In this document: positions 9,221 through 17,500 of the stretch, one piece after another | Layout of the letters: every line of letters starts with the position of its first letter | Numbering within the stretch: the first letter of the stretch is position 1 | Source: Myxococcales bacterium | Lineage (GTDB): Bacteria > Myxococcota_A > Polyangia > Polyangiales > Houyiibacteriaceae | Direction of reading: 5' to 3' | NCBI GenBank assembly: GCA_012744445.1 | Contig: JAAYBZ010000169.1 | Location: 24,946 to 88,945, forward strand | Length of the DNA stretch: 64,000 nucleotides | The notes under the pieces: model-generated | Told to the model about the DNA's origin: nothing | What the model saw: only the letters and a program-made list of their open reading frames with translations | Database searches by the model: none | Program-made: the position numbers and the translations under genes

Positions 9221-10951
9221 TCAGAGCTCTCCTCGCTCCTCGAGGTAGCGCCGGTAGCGCGCGAGGTAGGTGCGCGCGACGTGCTCGTGATCGAGCCGCA
9301 ACACCTTCGCGACCTCGGTGACGAAGCCACGGACGTAGACGGGCGCCGGGAGCCGCGAGAACTCATCGGCCTCGATGCACTGCAGATAGTGGATGCCGAT
9401 CTTGGTCACGCGGCTGATCTCGCGGAGCTCGAGACCTTGCGAGATCCGGACGGCGTGGAGGAGCTCGCCCGTGAACTCCGTGTCGGGCGAGATCACCGGC
9501 GGCGGCGGGCGATCCTCGGCTCGCGCCTCGTCTTCGACGACGGGCGTGGGCGCCTCGGACGTGGGGAAGACGCTGAGCTCGTAGGGACGGCGCCGCGAAG
9601 GATCGAGGAGCACGTCGTACGCCTCGTCGATCTTGGCGCGCAGGGCCTCGAGCCCCTCGGGATCGAAGAGGCCGTAGGTGACCATCGACTGCGGGCCGAA
9701 GATCTCCTTGGCGCGCTTGTACGCGCGGCGCACGTCTTCATCCGTCGCGCCCCGCTCGATCTCGAGGAGGTCGTGGTAGGTGTGCGGCGGCGCGGTGCGG
9801 AGGGCACGCGCCCCGGCCTGCTTGGCGTCCGAGGAGAGCAGGCGCCGCGCGATCTTCTCGAGGCTGCGGCTCGCCTTGGTGCCAGGGCTCTCGATGAGGA
9901 GCGGGCGCCGCGTGCGCACGCACGTGGTGGCCGTGTCGTCGTAGTCGATGTAGCCGAGGTAGTCGACGCGCACGCCGAAGCGTCGGAGCACCGCCGAGCG
10001 GATGTGCGCGCCGATCTCGAGGTCGGTGCGGACGCGCGCCTGGTTCACCACGAGGCGGAAGCGGAAGTTCTCCATCTCCTCGGCGACCACGGCGCGCATC
10101 GGCTCGTCCTCCTCGAGCGCGAGGAAGAGATCCTGCGGCGGAGGCGCGTTACCGAGGCGTCGGATCAGCTCCTCGTAGCGGAGCGACTCACGGTCGTCGA
10201 GACGCCGCCGGACGCGCCGCTGGAAGAGCTCACGCACGAAGCGATACGTCTGCTCGAGCGAGGTGGGCTCGGGCGTGACGAGGAAGACGTTGAGATCGGC
10301 GTCCGAGTAGAAGTCGAGGAGGCTCTCCTCGGTGCCGGATCCGAGATCGACCACGGCGTAGTCGGCCGTGAGCGCGCGCACGCGATCGAGCAGCCCCACG
10401 CGCGAGGCGACGCGACCTTGTCCGAGCACGCGCTGATCGAGCCCGGCGTGGACGAGCTTGAGGTTGGGGATGGAGGTCTCGATGGGCGTATCGACGAAGG
10501 AGGGCGGCGGCGGCACCGTCGAACGCGGCCCGGCCGTCGTCGCCGTCTCCTCCGGCAGCTCGCTCTCGAAGGGCAGATCGAGCTCCACCTGCTCGGCGGC
10601 GCGGCCCTTGCGGAGCTCGGGCTCGGGCGGCACGTAGGTGCGGAGCGGCACGGGCGGCGGCGCCCCGAGGAGCGTATGCGCGCTCGCGCCCGCCGCGTCG
10701 GCGTCCACGAGGATCACGCGCCGCCCGATCGTGGCCAGGTAGAGGGCGAGGTTCGAGGCGACGAGCGTCTTGCCTACGCCGCCCTTCGCGCCGGCCACGG
10801 CCACGACCTGGATGGGGCGATCGATCGGGGAGCGCGCGCCCGAATCGCCGCGCGCCGCGCCGTCCTGGGGCTCGTCGCTCGAGGGACGCGATGAGGTTTC
10901 GTCCGAGGCCATGGTCCGCCGCTCAATATCAGCGAGACCCCGGCGACGCAA
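9221..10951 (-). CDS. ParA/MinD-type P-loop ATPase fused to a J-like domain (no HPD) and a RodZ-type helix-turn-helix
   Basis: Deviant Walker A VAVAGAKGGVGKT (nt 10769-10792). J-like helices occupy aa 390-458 (YHDLLEIERGATDEDVRRAYKRAKEIFGPQS...IDEAYDVLLDPSRRRPYE). C-terminal HTH occupies aa 492-560 (LREISRVTKIGIHYLQCIEADEFSRLPAPVYVRGF). Alternative start is ATG 10912. Confidence 0.7.
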   Translation of the reverse strand: MRRRGLADIERRTMASDETSSRPSSDEPQDGAARGDSGARSPIDRPIQVVAVAGAKGGVGKTLVASNLALYLATIGRRVILVDADAAGASAHTLLGAPPPVPLRTYVPPEPELRKGRAAEQVELDLPFESELPEETATTAGPRSTVPPPPSFVDTPIETSIPNLKLVHAGLDQRVLGQGRVASRVGLLDRVRALTADYAVVDLGSGTEESLLDFYSDADLNVFLVTPEPTSLEQTYRFVRELFQRRVRRRLDDRESLRYEELIRRLGNAPPPQDLFLALEEDEPMRAVVAEEMENFRFRLVVNQARVRTDLEIGAHIRSAVLRRFGVRVDYLGYIDYDDTATTCVRTRRPLLIESPGTKASRSLEKIARRLLSSDAKQAGARALRTAPPHTYHDLLEIERGATDEDVRRAYKRAKEIFGPQSMVTYGLFDPEGLEALRAKIDEAYDVLLDPSRRRPYELSVFPTSEAPTPVVEDEARAEDRPPPPVISPDTEFTGELLHAVRISQGLELREISRVTKIGIHYLQCIEADEFSRLPAPVYVRGFVTEVAKVLRLDHEHVARTYLARYRRYLEERGEL

Positions 10952-11004
10952 AAGCCGAGCGGCTCGACGCGCAACTCCCCTCCCCCGCGGCCGATCCCAC
11001 GTTT

Positions 11005-11361
11005 ATGGACAAAGTCCCGCTCGGACGGCTGGCCGAACGCCTCGTGGGAGAGACCCTCGAACGGCGAGGCTACCAGCTCCTCGACTCCAACGTGCGCCTC
11101 GGCCCCCTCGAGATCGACCTCGTCGCCGCGCGCGGCCGGACGGTCGTCTTCTGCGAGGTCCGCGCGCGGAAGCTCGGCTCGCCGGTCGATCCCCGCTTCA
11201 CCTTCGATCACGAGAAGCGCCGACATGTCCGCGAGGCCGCCGCACGCTACCTCGCCACGCGGCGCGTCGCCTACGACGTGGTCCGGCTCGACGCGGCCGC
11301 CGTCTGGGTCGACGTCGAGCGGCGGCGCGCGCGGATCCGCTACTTCGAAGATGCCCTCTGA
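11005..11361 (+). CDS. yraN: YraN-family endonuclease (UPF0102)
   Basis: From ATG 11005: GRLAERLVGETLERRGYQLLDSNVRLGPLEIDLVAARGRTVVFCEVRARK, the YraN signature. The first 38 ORF codons are judged non-coding. Confidence 0.85.
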   Translation: MDKVPLGRLAERLVGETLERRGYQLLDSNVRLGPLEIDLVAARGRTVVFCEVRARKLGSPVDPRFTFDHEKRRHVREAAARYLATRRVAYDVVRLDAAAVWVDVERRRARIRYFEDAL

Positions 11362-11370
11362 AGGCGCGCG

Positions 11371-11901
11371 TCAGTCGCCGGAGGGGAGGAGCGGCACCGG
11401 CGGGAGCTGCCCCTGCGCGAGCACGCCGGCGGCGATGTCGAGCCGCACGGCCTCGACGAGCGCAGGGCTCGGGCTCCGGCGCACGCGCGGGATCATGACG
11501 AAGAGGTCCCGGAGCACGACGATCGGCGTGAGGATCGGGCCGAGGGGGAATCCCCACCAGCCGAAGAGGAGGCTGTGCGCGATGGCGCGGAGCGCGTGGC
11601 GTGCCCCGCAGAAGCGGCAGCAGATCCGCCGCTCGGTGACGACCGAGGTGTGGAGGAGGTAGCCAGTGCAGCGATGGCTCGCGCGGAGATCGACGCCGGC
11701 GTCGGCACGCCCGCAGTCGGGGCAGGGATCGCCGCGCACGCGCATCGCCTCCTGCTCGGCGACCTCTTCGGGGACCATCTCCACCGCGCGCCCCATCTCG
11801 GCTTCTTCGGCGCAGCGGCGGCTACAGTAGTGGTAGCCGTCGCGACGTATCCCGCCGAAGAGGATGATGGCGTCGCACGTATGGCAGATGCCGAGACCCA
11901 C
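11371..11901 (-). CDS. hypothetical double zinc-ribbon membrane protein
   Basis: Two CxxC...CxxC-type pairs (CHTCD..YCSRRC; CPDCG..CRFCG) followed by a hydrophobic segment (LLFGWWGFPLGPILTPIVVL). Last gene of a tightly spaced three-gene minus-strand unit. Confidence 0.6.
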   Translation of the reverse strand: MGLGICHTCDAIILFGGIRRDGYHYCSRRCAEEAEMGRAVEMVPEEVAEQEAMRVRGDPCPDCGRADAGVDLRASHRCTGYLLHTSVVTERRICCRFCGARHALRAIAHSLLFGWWGFPLGPILTPIVVLRDLFVMIPRVRRSPSPALVEAVRLDIAAGVLAQGQLPPVPLLPSGD

Positions 11902-11907
11902 GACCGC

Positions 11908-12525
11908 TTAGTCTAGCGTCGCGCGCATCCGGTTGCTCACCTGGAGCACTCGCTCGAGCGCCGCCTCGGTCCCCTGCTCACGGGCCGCAGCCACCGCGGC
12001 CTCCAGCTCTTCGACGTCGCGCGCGCGCTCGGCGCGGAGGGCGTCGATCATGGCCTCGAACGACTCGAAGACGCTCTGGAGCTCGTCGCCCTTGCGCAGC
12101 CGCCCCGCGACGTGGAGCTTGCCGCCCGCGACCTCGTCCATGAGCAGCCGGAGCTTGTACGCCGGGCCGACGACCTTGTGCGAGACCACGATGCCGGTGA
12201 GCCCGAGCGCGACGGAGAGCGCCGCGATGCCGAGGATGATGGCGACGAGGACCCGGCGATCTTCCGCTTCGGCGGCCTCCTGGAGGCGCTTGATCGTGGC
12301 GGCGTCGTACTCCTCGTGGAGGATCTGGTTCGCGAACGCGGACTCGGTGAGGCCGCGCGAGAAGTCGTAGACGAAGGCCCCGAAGACGCTCGCGACGACG
12401 AGCGTGACCGCGACCACCATGCCCACGTACTTCATCTGGAAGCGTGGATCGAGGAGGTAATTGCGGAACCGCCGCTGCGGCTTCCCGCTGGGTTGCTCCG
12501 ACGTCGTCGCTGCCTCGGCGCTCAT
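11908..12525 (-). CDS. bitopic membrane protein with HAMP-like domain
   Basis: Two TM segments (MKYVGMVVAVTLVVASVFGAFVY; VAIILGIAALSVALGLTGIVV) followed by a HAMP-like AS1-connector-AS2 (VVGPAYKLRLLMDEVAGGKLHVAGRLRKGDELQSVFESFEAMIDALR) and a coiled-coil tail. No output domain. Confidence 0.6.
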   Translation of the reverse strand: MSAEAATTSEQPSGKPQRRFRNYLLDPRFQMKYVGMVVAVTLVVASVFGAFVYDFSRGLTESAFANQILHEEYDAATIKRLQEAAEAEDRRVLVAIILGIAALSVALGLTGIVVSHKVVGPAYKLRLLMDEVAGGKLHVAGRLRKGDELQSVFESFEAMIDALRAERARDVEELEAAVAAAREQGTEAALERVLQVSNRMRATLD

Positions 12526-12558
12526 TCTTACTCCCGTGGTGACCCGCTGTTGGATGGC

Positions 12559-13482
12559 TCAGCGACCGGAGGCCAGCGTGCTCTCCATCGCTTGTTGAAT
12601 CCTCCGCACCGCCCCCTGGAACGCGCCTTCGATGGCGCGCCGCTCCGCCTCGGGTCCGCCCGTCCCGGGCACCGTCGCCCCGCCACGGAGCACGGCCTTC
12701 ATATCACGCCCGGGGTAGGTGCCAAGGATGACGCTGACCTCGGCGCGCACCCCGCTCGGCGTGCGCTGAAGACTGACGATGCTGCTGTCGATGTAGTAGC
12801 CGGTGAGCTTCCGCTTCTCGATGACGGCGCGCGCCTGGGCGTCGCGCTCGTCGGGCGGCGCGATGACCACCCCGTCGAGGCCCTCGAGCTGTCGGACGAG
12901 GATGTCGCGCAGGCTCCGCCGCACGGACTCGGTGATCTCGGCCTGCACGTTGGGCACGCCCACGCCCACGTAGAATCGCGGGCGCCCGGTCGACTGCGGG
13001 GCCGTGGGCGCGGTCGACGACGGAGGCCGCGCCGAGGCGAGCGCGGTGTCGCCACGCGGCGCGCGATCCAGCTCGGCGAGCGCCGTCGTCGCGGCCGAGC
13101 GCACGTCGGCGTCGGAGTCGCGCTTGGCGCGCTCGAGCGCCGGGCGCGCGGAAGGATCGCCGAGCTTGCCGAGCGCGGTGGCGGCCGCAGCGCGGACCGC
13201 CGGGTGATCGTCACCCTGGAGCGCGCCGGCGAGCGCGTCGATCACCTCGCGGCTGGGATCGAGCCGCCCGAGGCCGAGCGCCGCCTGCGCGCGCACCTTG
13301 AACGTCGACGAAGTCTGGAGAAGACGGATGAAATATTCGGTACGCTCGTCGGCGAACGCCGAGCTCGAAGCGATGGCCAGGAACGCCACCACGAGGAGCG
13401 AGATGCTCGCCCCCCGGCTCTGCCCGATGATGCTTCGAAATCGGTTCACCCGCCGCCTCGTACCCACTCGCCCCGAAACCAA
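12559..13482 (-). CDS. secreted HEAT-repeat protein with C-terminal alpha/beta domain
   Basis: Signal peptide (ISLLVVAFLAIASSSAFA). PBS-lyase-type HEAT repeats (DHPAVRAAAATALGKLGDPSARPALERAKRDSDADVRSAATTALAEL). A Pro/Ser linker is followed by a ~130-aa domain of unknown function. Confidence 0.6.
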   Translation of the reverse strand: MVSGRVGTRRRVNRFRSIIGQSRGASISLLVVAFLAIASSSAFADERTEYFIRLLQTSSTFKVRAQAALGLGRLDPSREVIDALAGALQGDDHPAVRAAAATALGKLGDPSARPALERAKRDSDADVRSAATTALAELDRAPRGDTALASARPPSSTAPTAPQSTGRPRFYVGVGVPNVQAEITESVRRSLRDILVRQLEGLDGVVIAPPDERDAQARAVIEKRKLTGYYIDSSIVSLQRTPSGVRAEVSVILGTYPGRDMKAVLRGGATVPGTGGPEAERRAIEGAFQGAVRRIQQAMESTLASGR

Positions 13483-13531
13483 CCAACGAATGTCGACTCA
13501 CGATTATCGTCGTACGGGGCGCAGAACTTCA

Positions 13532-15079
13532 ATGGGATTGTTTCCAGTCGTGGCGCTCTTTTGCATGTCGGCCACGGTGCGGGCACAACCCACACTCGAA
13601 ATTCATTCGGAAAGTCGCCTGAGGATCGAGGTCGCGCGCGGCGAAGGTCGCCCCGAAGTGCGTGTCGATCTGCGCGACGATCTCGGCGGACCGATCGCCG
13701 ACGCCCCCGTGCGGCTCTCGGTCGACGGAGAACCCCTCGGCGTCGTCCGGAGCGACGCCCGGGGAACCGCGACGCTCCCCATCGACGCGCGCACCGCGAT
13801 CCGCCCGCTCCGCGCCGAGTTCGACGGAACGCCTTTCCTCCGGCCCGCTTCGGCCACCTACGATCCCGCGGAGAAACGCGCCCGCGTGGAGCTCGTCCCC
13901 ACGCTTGCGGCGTCCGGCCGGCTCCCGCTCGACGAAGGCGCGCAGACGATCCGCGTCCACGCGCGCTCGAGCGCCGGCGCGGCGGGCCTCCGCGTCCGCG
14001 TGCGCGACGAAGAGGGCCGCGTGCTCGCCGAGTCGCAGACCGACGCGCTCGGCCGCGCCCACCTCGGCATCGCCGCGCACGACCTCGGCTCCCCGGGCCC
14101 CGGCAGGCTCGTCTTCGAGAGCGACGGGACCGAGACTCACCGCCCCGCCTCCACGAGCGTGCCCGTGGTCCGCACGCTCGCGACCCTCGTCGACGTCGAC
14201 GAACGATCGCTCGTCGCCCGACCGGGCGCGCGGCTCGTCGTGCGCGGCACGCTCCAGACGGAACGCGGGCCCCTCGCCGACGAAGCGATCACCCTCGTCG
14301 TCGCCGGGCGCGAGGAGGCCACGTCCGTGACCGACGAGGCCGGCCGCTTCGAGCTCGCCTTCGTGCTCGAGGAGGGCGGGGAGCGCCGCCTCGACGCGTG
14401 CGTCCGCTTCGACGGGAGCCCTCGCGGCGCCGACGCGAGCGAGAGCGATCCCATCGCGATCGAGGTGCGGCCGCCCTTCCCGAGCTGGCCCTTCGTCCTG
14501 CTCCCGCTCACGTTCGTGGCGGCGCTCTTCTTCGCGAGGAAGAAGCGCCTCGAGCGCCCCGCCGAAACGGCCCCGCGCCGCCCTCTCCGCACGCTCTTCG
14601 ATCGCCCGAGCCGCGCCGTCCGGCTGCGCGTCCGCGCCGCGCGCGCCGGCCTCCCCGTCGCCGGCGCGCAGCTCCGCCTCGGCGACGACGTCCTCGGCAC
14701 GGCCGACGGAGAGGGGCGGATCACCACCGGGAGCCTCCCCCTCGGCCGTCACGTGCTCGAGGTCGAGGCCTCGGGCTTCGTGCGTCGCGCGATCGAGGTG
14801 ACGATCCCCGCCCGCGCGCACGACGTCCACGAGGTGATCCTCGTCGAGACGAGAGAAGCGGCCACCCGGGCGCTCTCCGAAGCCGCGCGCCGACGCGGCG
14901 TCCCCGACGCGCGCATCGCCGCGGCGACGCATCGCGAGATCGGCAGGTCCATCGAGCGGGTCCACGGCGAGCTCGACGATCTGGTCGACGACGTCGATCG
15001 GGCGTACTACGGACCCGAAGAGCCGAGCGAAGAAGACGTGCGCGCGATCGAAGAGCGCACACGACACCTCTCGGAGTGA
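13532..15079 (+). CDS. membrane protein with repeated carboxypeptidase-regulatory-like (Ig-like) domains
   Basis: From ATG 13532: signal (MGLFPVVALFCMSATVRAQP), then three beta-sandwich-like repeats (e.g. VRLSVDGEPLGVVRSDARGTATL). A TM segment (WPFVLLPLTFVAALFFARKKR) is followed by a fourth repeat (AQLRLGDDVLGTADGEGRITTGSLPLGRHVLEVEASGF) and a helical tail. Divergent from the HEAT/HAMP/zinc-ribbon unit. Confidence 0.55.
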   Translation: MGLFPVVALFCMSATVRAQPTLEIHSESRLRIEVARGEGRPEVRVDLRDDLGGPIADAPVRLSVDGEPLGVVRSDARGTATLPIDARTAIRPLRAEFDGTPFLRPASATYDPAEKRARVELVPTLAASGRLPLDEGAQTIRVHARSSAGAAGLRVRVRDEEGRVLAESQTDALGRAHLGIAAHDLGSPGPGRLVFESDGTETHRPASTSVPVVRTLATLVDVDERSLVARPGARLVVRGTLQTERGPLADEAITLVVAGREEATSVTDEAGRFELAFVLEEGGERRLDACVRFDGSPRGADASESDPIAIEVRPPFPSWPFVLLPLTFVAALFFARKKRLERPAETAPRRPLRTLFDRPSRAVRLRVRAARAGLPVAGAQLRLGDDVLGTADGEGRITTGSLPLGRHVLEVEASGFVRRAIEVTIPARAHDVHEVILVETREAATRALSEAARRRGVPDARIAAATHREIGRSIERVHGELDDLVDDVDRAYYGPEEPSEEDVRAIEERTRHLSE

Positions 15080-15142
15080 CCCCCTCCGGTCTGCGCGTGT
15101 TATCGTGCGCGCGCCTTTCGCTCGGCGAAGGCCGAAAAGACC

Positions 15143-16426
15143 ATGGATCTCCTCCTCATTCCGCTCCTCCTCGCAGGCGCCGTCTTCCTGTACGCGCTGG
15201 TCTCCACGCTCCGGCTCCGCACGGAGGCCTTGCCGCCGCCCGAGAAGCCGAGCGCGCCCGTCGCCGCGCCCGTGGAGGCGACGCCGGAACCCCCCCCCGC
15301 GGCCGAGCCTGCGCCCGAGCCCGAAGCGGCTCCCGCGCCTGCGCCCGCGCCCGAAGCGGCTCCCGCACCTGCGCCCGCGCCCGAAGCGGCTCCCGCGCCT
15401 GCGCCCGCGCCCGAAGCAGCTCCCGCGCCCGAGCCCGTGCCCGAAGCGGCTCCCGCACCTGCGCCCGCGCCCGTCGCGGCCCCTGCCCCTGCCGCGCCGC
15501 CCTCCGCCGAGGCCCTGAAGGAAGGCCTCAAGTCCACGCGCGGCGGCTTCATCGCCAAGCTCTCGCGCCTCTTCGGCGCCAAGAAGAAGCTCGATCCGGC
15601 CCTCTTCGACGAGGCCGAGGAGATCCTCCTCACGGCCGATCTCGGCGTCCACACCACGATGCGGATCCTCGACTCCCTCCGCGCGCGGAACGACAAGGGC
15701 GAGCTCGACGATCCCGCGCGCATCTGGGACGCGCTCAAGGAGGACGCCCGCGCGATCCTCGCCGTGCCCGGCGCGGATCGCCCCCTCGAGCTCGACGGCA
15801 AGCCGAGCGTGATCCTCGTCGTGGGCGTGAACGGCGTGGGCAAGACCACCACGATCGGCAAGCTCGCCAGCCGCTTCCAGTCGGAGGGCAAGAAGGTGAT
15901 GCTCGCCGCGGGCGACACCTTCCGCGCCGCAGCCACCACGCAGCTCGAGATCTGGGGTGAGCGTGTCGGTTGCGAGGTCGTGAAGGGCAAGGAGGGCGCC
16001 GATCCCTCGTCCGTGATCTTCGACGCCGTGAAGCGCGCGCAGGCCGAGGCCGTGGACGTGCTCATCTGCGACACCGCCGGCCGCCTCCATACCAAGACGC
16101 CGCTCATGGAGGAGCTCGCCAAGGTCTCGCGCACCATCGAGAAGGCGCTCGGACGCCCGGCCGACGAGCGCCTCCTCGTGCTCGACGCCACCACCGGCCA
16201 GAACGCGATCCAGCAGGCCAACACCTTCAAGGAGGCGGTCTCGCTCTCCGGGATCGTCCTCACCAAGCTCGACGGCACCGCCAAGGGCGGCGTGATCCTC
16301 GGCATCGTCGACCAGCACAAGGTGCCCGTGCGCTTCATCGGAATCGGCGAGAAAGTCGCCGACCTCCAACCCTTCGACGCCTCGGCCTTCGTCGAGGCGC
16401 TCTTCACCCGTGAGGACCTCGGCTGA
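15143..16426 (+). CDS. ftsY: signal recognition particle receptor FtsY with N-terminal TM anchor and Ala/Pro/Glu-rich repeat region
   Basis: NG domain motifs GVNGVGKTTTIGKLA, CDTAGRLHTK, LTKLDGTAKGG. N-terminus MDLLLIPLLLAGAVFLYALV is a TM anchor. It is followed by (EAAPAPAPAP)n. Confidence 0.93.
   Translation: MDLLLIPLLLAGAVFLYALVSTLRLRTEALPPPEKPSAPVAAPVEATPEPPPAAEPAPEPEAAPAPAPAPEAAPAPAPAPEAAPAPAPAPEAAPAPEPVPEAAPAPAPAPVAAPAPAAPPSAEALKEGLKSTRGGFIAKLSRLFGAKKKLDPALFDEAEEILLTADLGVHTTMRILDSLRARNDKGELDDPARIWDALKEDARAILAVPGADRPLELDGKPSVILVVGVNGVGKTTTIGKLASRFQSEGKKVMLAAGDTFRAAATTQLEIWGERVGCEVVKGKEGADPSSVIFDAVKRAQAEAVDVLICDTAGRLHTKTPLMEELAKVSRTIEKALGRPADERLLVLDATTGQNAIQQANTFKEAVSLSGIVLTKLDGTAKGGVILGIVDQHKVPVRFIGIGEKVADLQPFDASAFVEALFTREDLG
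15308..15480 (+). repeat. 30-bp in-frame tandem repeat (~5.8 copies) inside ftsY
   Basis: The unit CCTGCGCCCGCGCCCGAAGCGGCTCCCGCG begins at 15308, 15338, 15368, 15398, 15428 and 15458 (last copy partial), with 0-5 substitutions per copy. It encodes PAPAPEAAPA-type decapeptides. Confidence 0.9.
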
Positions 16427-16436
16427 ATTTCCGTGA

Positions 16437-16466
16437 TTGAATTCCGAAATTTCGTCGTGATATAGT
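16437..16466 (+). promoter_or_regulatory. candidate sigma-70-type promoter for the outer-membrane beta-barrel gene pair
   Basis: TTGAAT (16437-16442), an 18-nt spacer, then TATAGT (16461-16466), within the only AT-rich island downstream of ftsY. Implies a ~135-nt 5' UTR containing a hairpin CGAGCGC..GCGCTCG (16524-16549). Confidence 0.45.
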
Positions 16467-16606
16467 CCATCGCGCCACGGGGTGATCCCGAAAAACACAA
16501 TAATCTCCAAAGGTTTAGCTCCTCGAGCGCTCCCCGACGAGGGCGCTCGCCCGAATATCTCCCCATGGCTGCGGACGCCGTGATAGTGAGCTGCAAAGGC
16601 GAATCG

Positions 16607-17500
16607 ATGAAAAAACGGATCGAAGCTCTCTGGGTCTTGGCCCTCGTCTGCGCCCTGCCCGCCTCGTCGGCGCTGGCGCAGATGGACTTCAGCGAAGAAG
16701 ACGTCGACATGGAGTTCGGCCTCGAGGACGCCGAAACCCCGAGCGAGTCCACCGACATCTTCTCCTCGCTCGCGGGCCAGGAGGATGAACTCGCCGCGCA
16801 GGTGGACGAGCGTCCCAGGGAGGTGGCCGAGGAGATCTACGCGATCCAGCGCATCTACGCGCTGCGTCTCCGCCGCCTAGAGCTCGCCCCGTCCGCGTCC
16901 TTCAACATCAACGATCCCTACCAGAAGTACATCGGCGCCGGTCTCGCCGCGAACTACTGGTTCACCAACGTCCTCGCCATCGGCGCGAACGCGATCTGGT
17001 ATCAGTTCTCCGACACGCTGAGCGAGCAGGACCTCCCCTTCTTCATCCGTCGCTCGACGCGTCTCGCGAACCCGCTGAGCCAGTGGCAGGTCGCGGCGAA
17101 CGTGAACTTCACGTACGTCCCCCTCTACGGCAAGTTCGCGGCTTTCAACAAGCTCATCTTCCAGTGGGATGCGTACATCGTCGGCGGCGTCGGCATCATG
17201 CGGACGCGCCCGGTCCCCGTCTTCGACCAGCAGCGCGACTTCCCCGACTTCAACACCCACCTCGGGTTCAACGTCGGCATCGGTCTCCGCATCTTCATGA
17301 CGCGCTTCCTCACGGTCTTCTTCGAGGCGCGCGACTACATCTTCCTCGAGCAGTTCGAGAACTCGCAGGTGGCCCTCGGCGAGGCGCGTAACGATCCGGA
17401 CACCTGGCTCGCCGACTCCACCCTCTACAACAACCTCACGATGTCCATCGGCTTGACGGTCTTCTTCCCGTTCAAGTTCGAGTATCGGAAGCCCAAGTGA
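16607..17500 (+). CDS. outer-membrane beta-barrel domain protein (myxobacterial OMP family), paralog 1
   Basis: Signal peptide MKKRIEALWVLALVCALPASSALA, an acidic linker, then alternating-pattern beta strands. The shared motif NFTYVPLYGKFAAFNKLIFQWDAYIVGG matches the next gene. I recall a TIGRFAM OMP_myx_plus-type family but did not verify it. Confidence 0.7.
   Translation: MKKRIEALWVLALVCALPASSALAQMDFSEEDVDMEFGLEDAETPSESTDIFSSLAGQEDELAAQVDERPREVAEEIYAIQRIYALRLRRLELAPSASFNINDPYQKYIGAGLAANYWFTNVLAIGANAIWYQFSDTLSEQDLPFFIRRSTRLANPLSQWQVAANVNFTYVPLYGKFAAFNKLIFQWDAYIVGGVGIMRTRPVPVFDQQRDFPDFNTHLGFNVGIGLRIFMTRFLTVFFEARDYIFLEQFENSQVALGEARNDPDTWLADSTLYNNLTMSIGLTVFFPFKFEYRKPK

Noticed and set aside
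15308-15480. Regularly spaced 30-bp repeats that could superficially suggest a CRISPR-like array.
   Set aside because: The repeats are directly tandem with no spacers. They are in frame within ftsY and encode an Ala/Pro/Glu linker. No cas genes are present in the window.
12112-15960. A 1282-aa plus-strand ORF. Similar very long ORFs occur at 4475..8179(+), 8675..10894(+), 13529..16510(-), 25101..28106(-), 31673..35083(+), 32643..34967(-), 36961..38952(-), 47347..49002(-), 53055..55010(+) and 55870..57891(+).
   Set aside because: Their translations are Arg/Ala/Pro/Gly/Asp-rich low-complexity sequence without motifs. They lie antisense or off-frame to genes with unmistakable family signatures (ftsY, metG, glnD, uvrA-like, ctaD and others). 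Long spurious ORFs are expected at ~70% GC because stop codons are rare.
16524-16549. Hairpin CGAGCGC-N12-GCGCTCG as the ftsY terminator.
   Set aside because: It lies downstream of the better-supported promoter candidate at 16437-16466. It has a 7-bp stem, a large loop and no T-tract. It is more likely part of the OMP leader, or insignificant.
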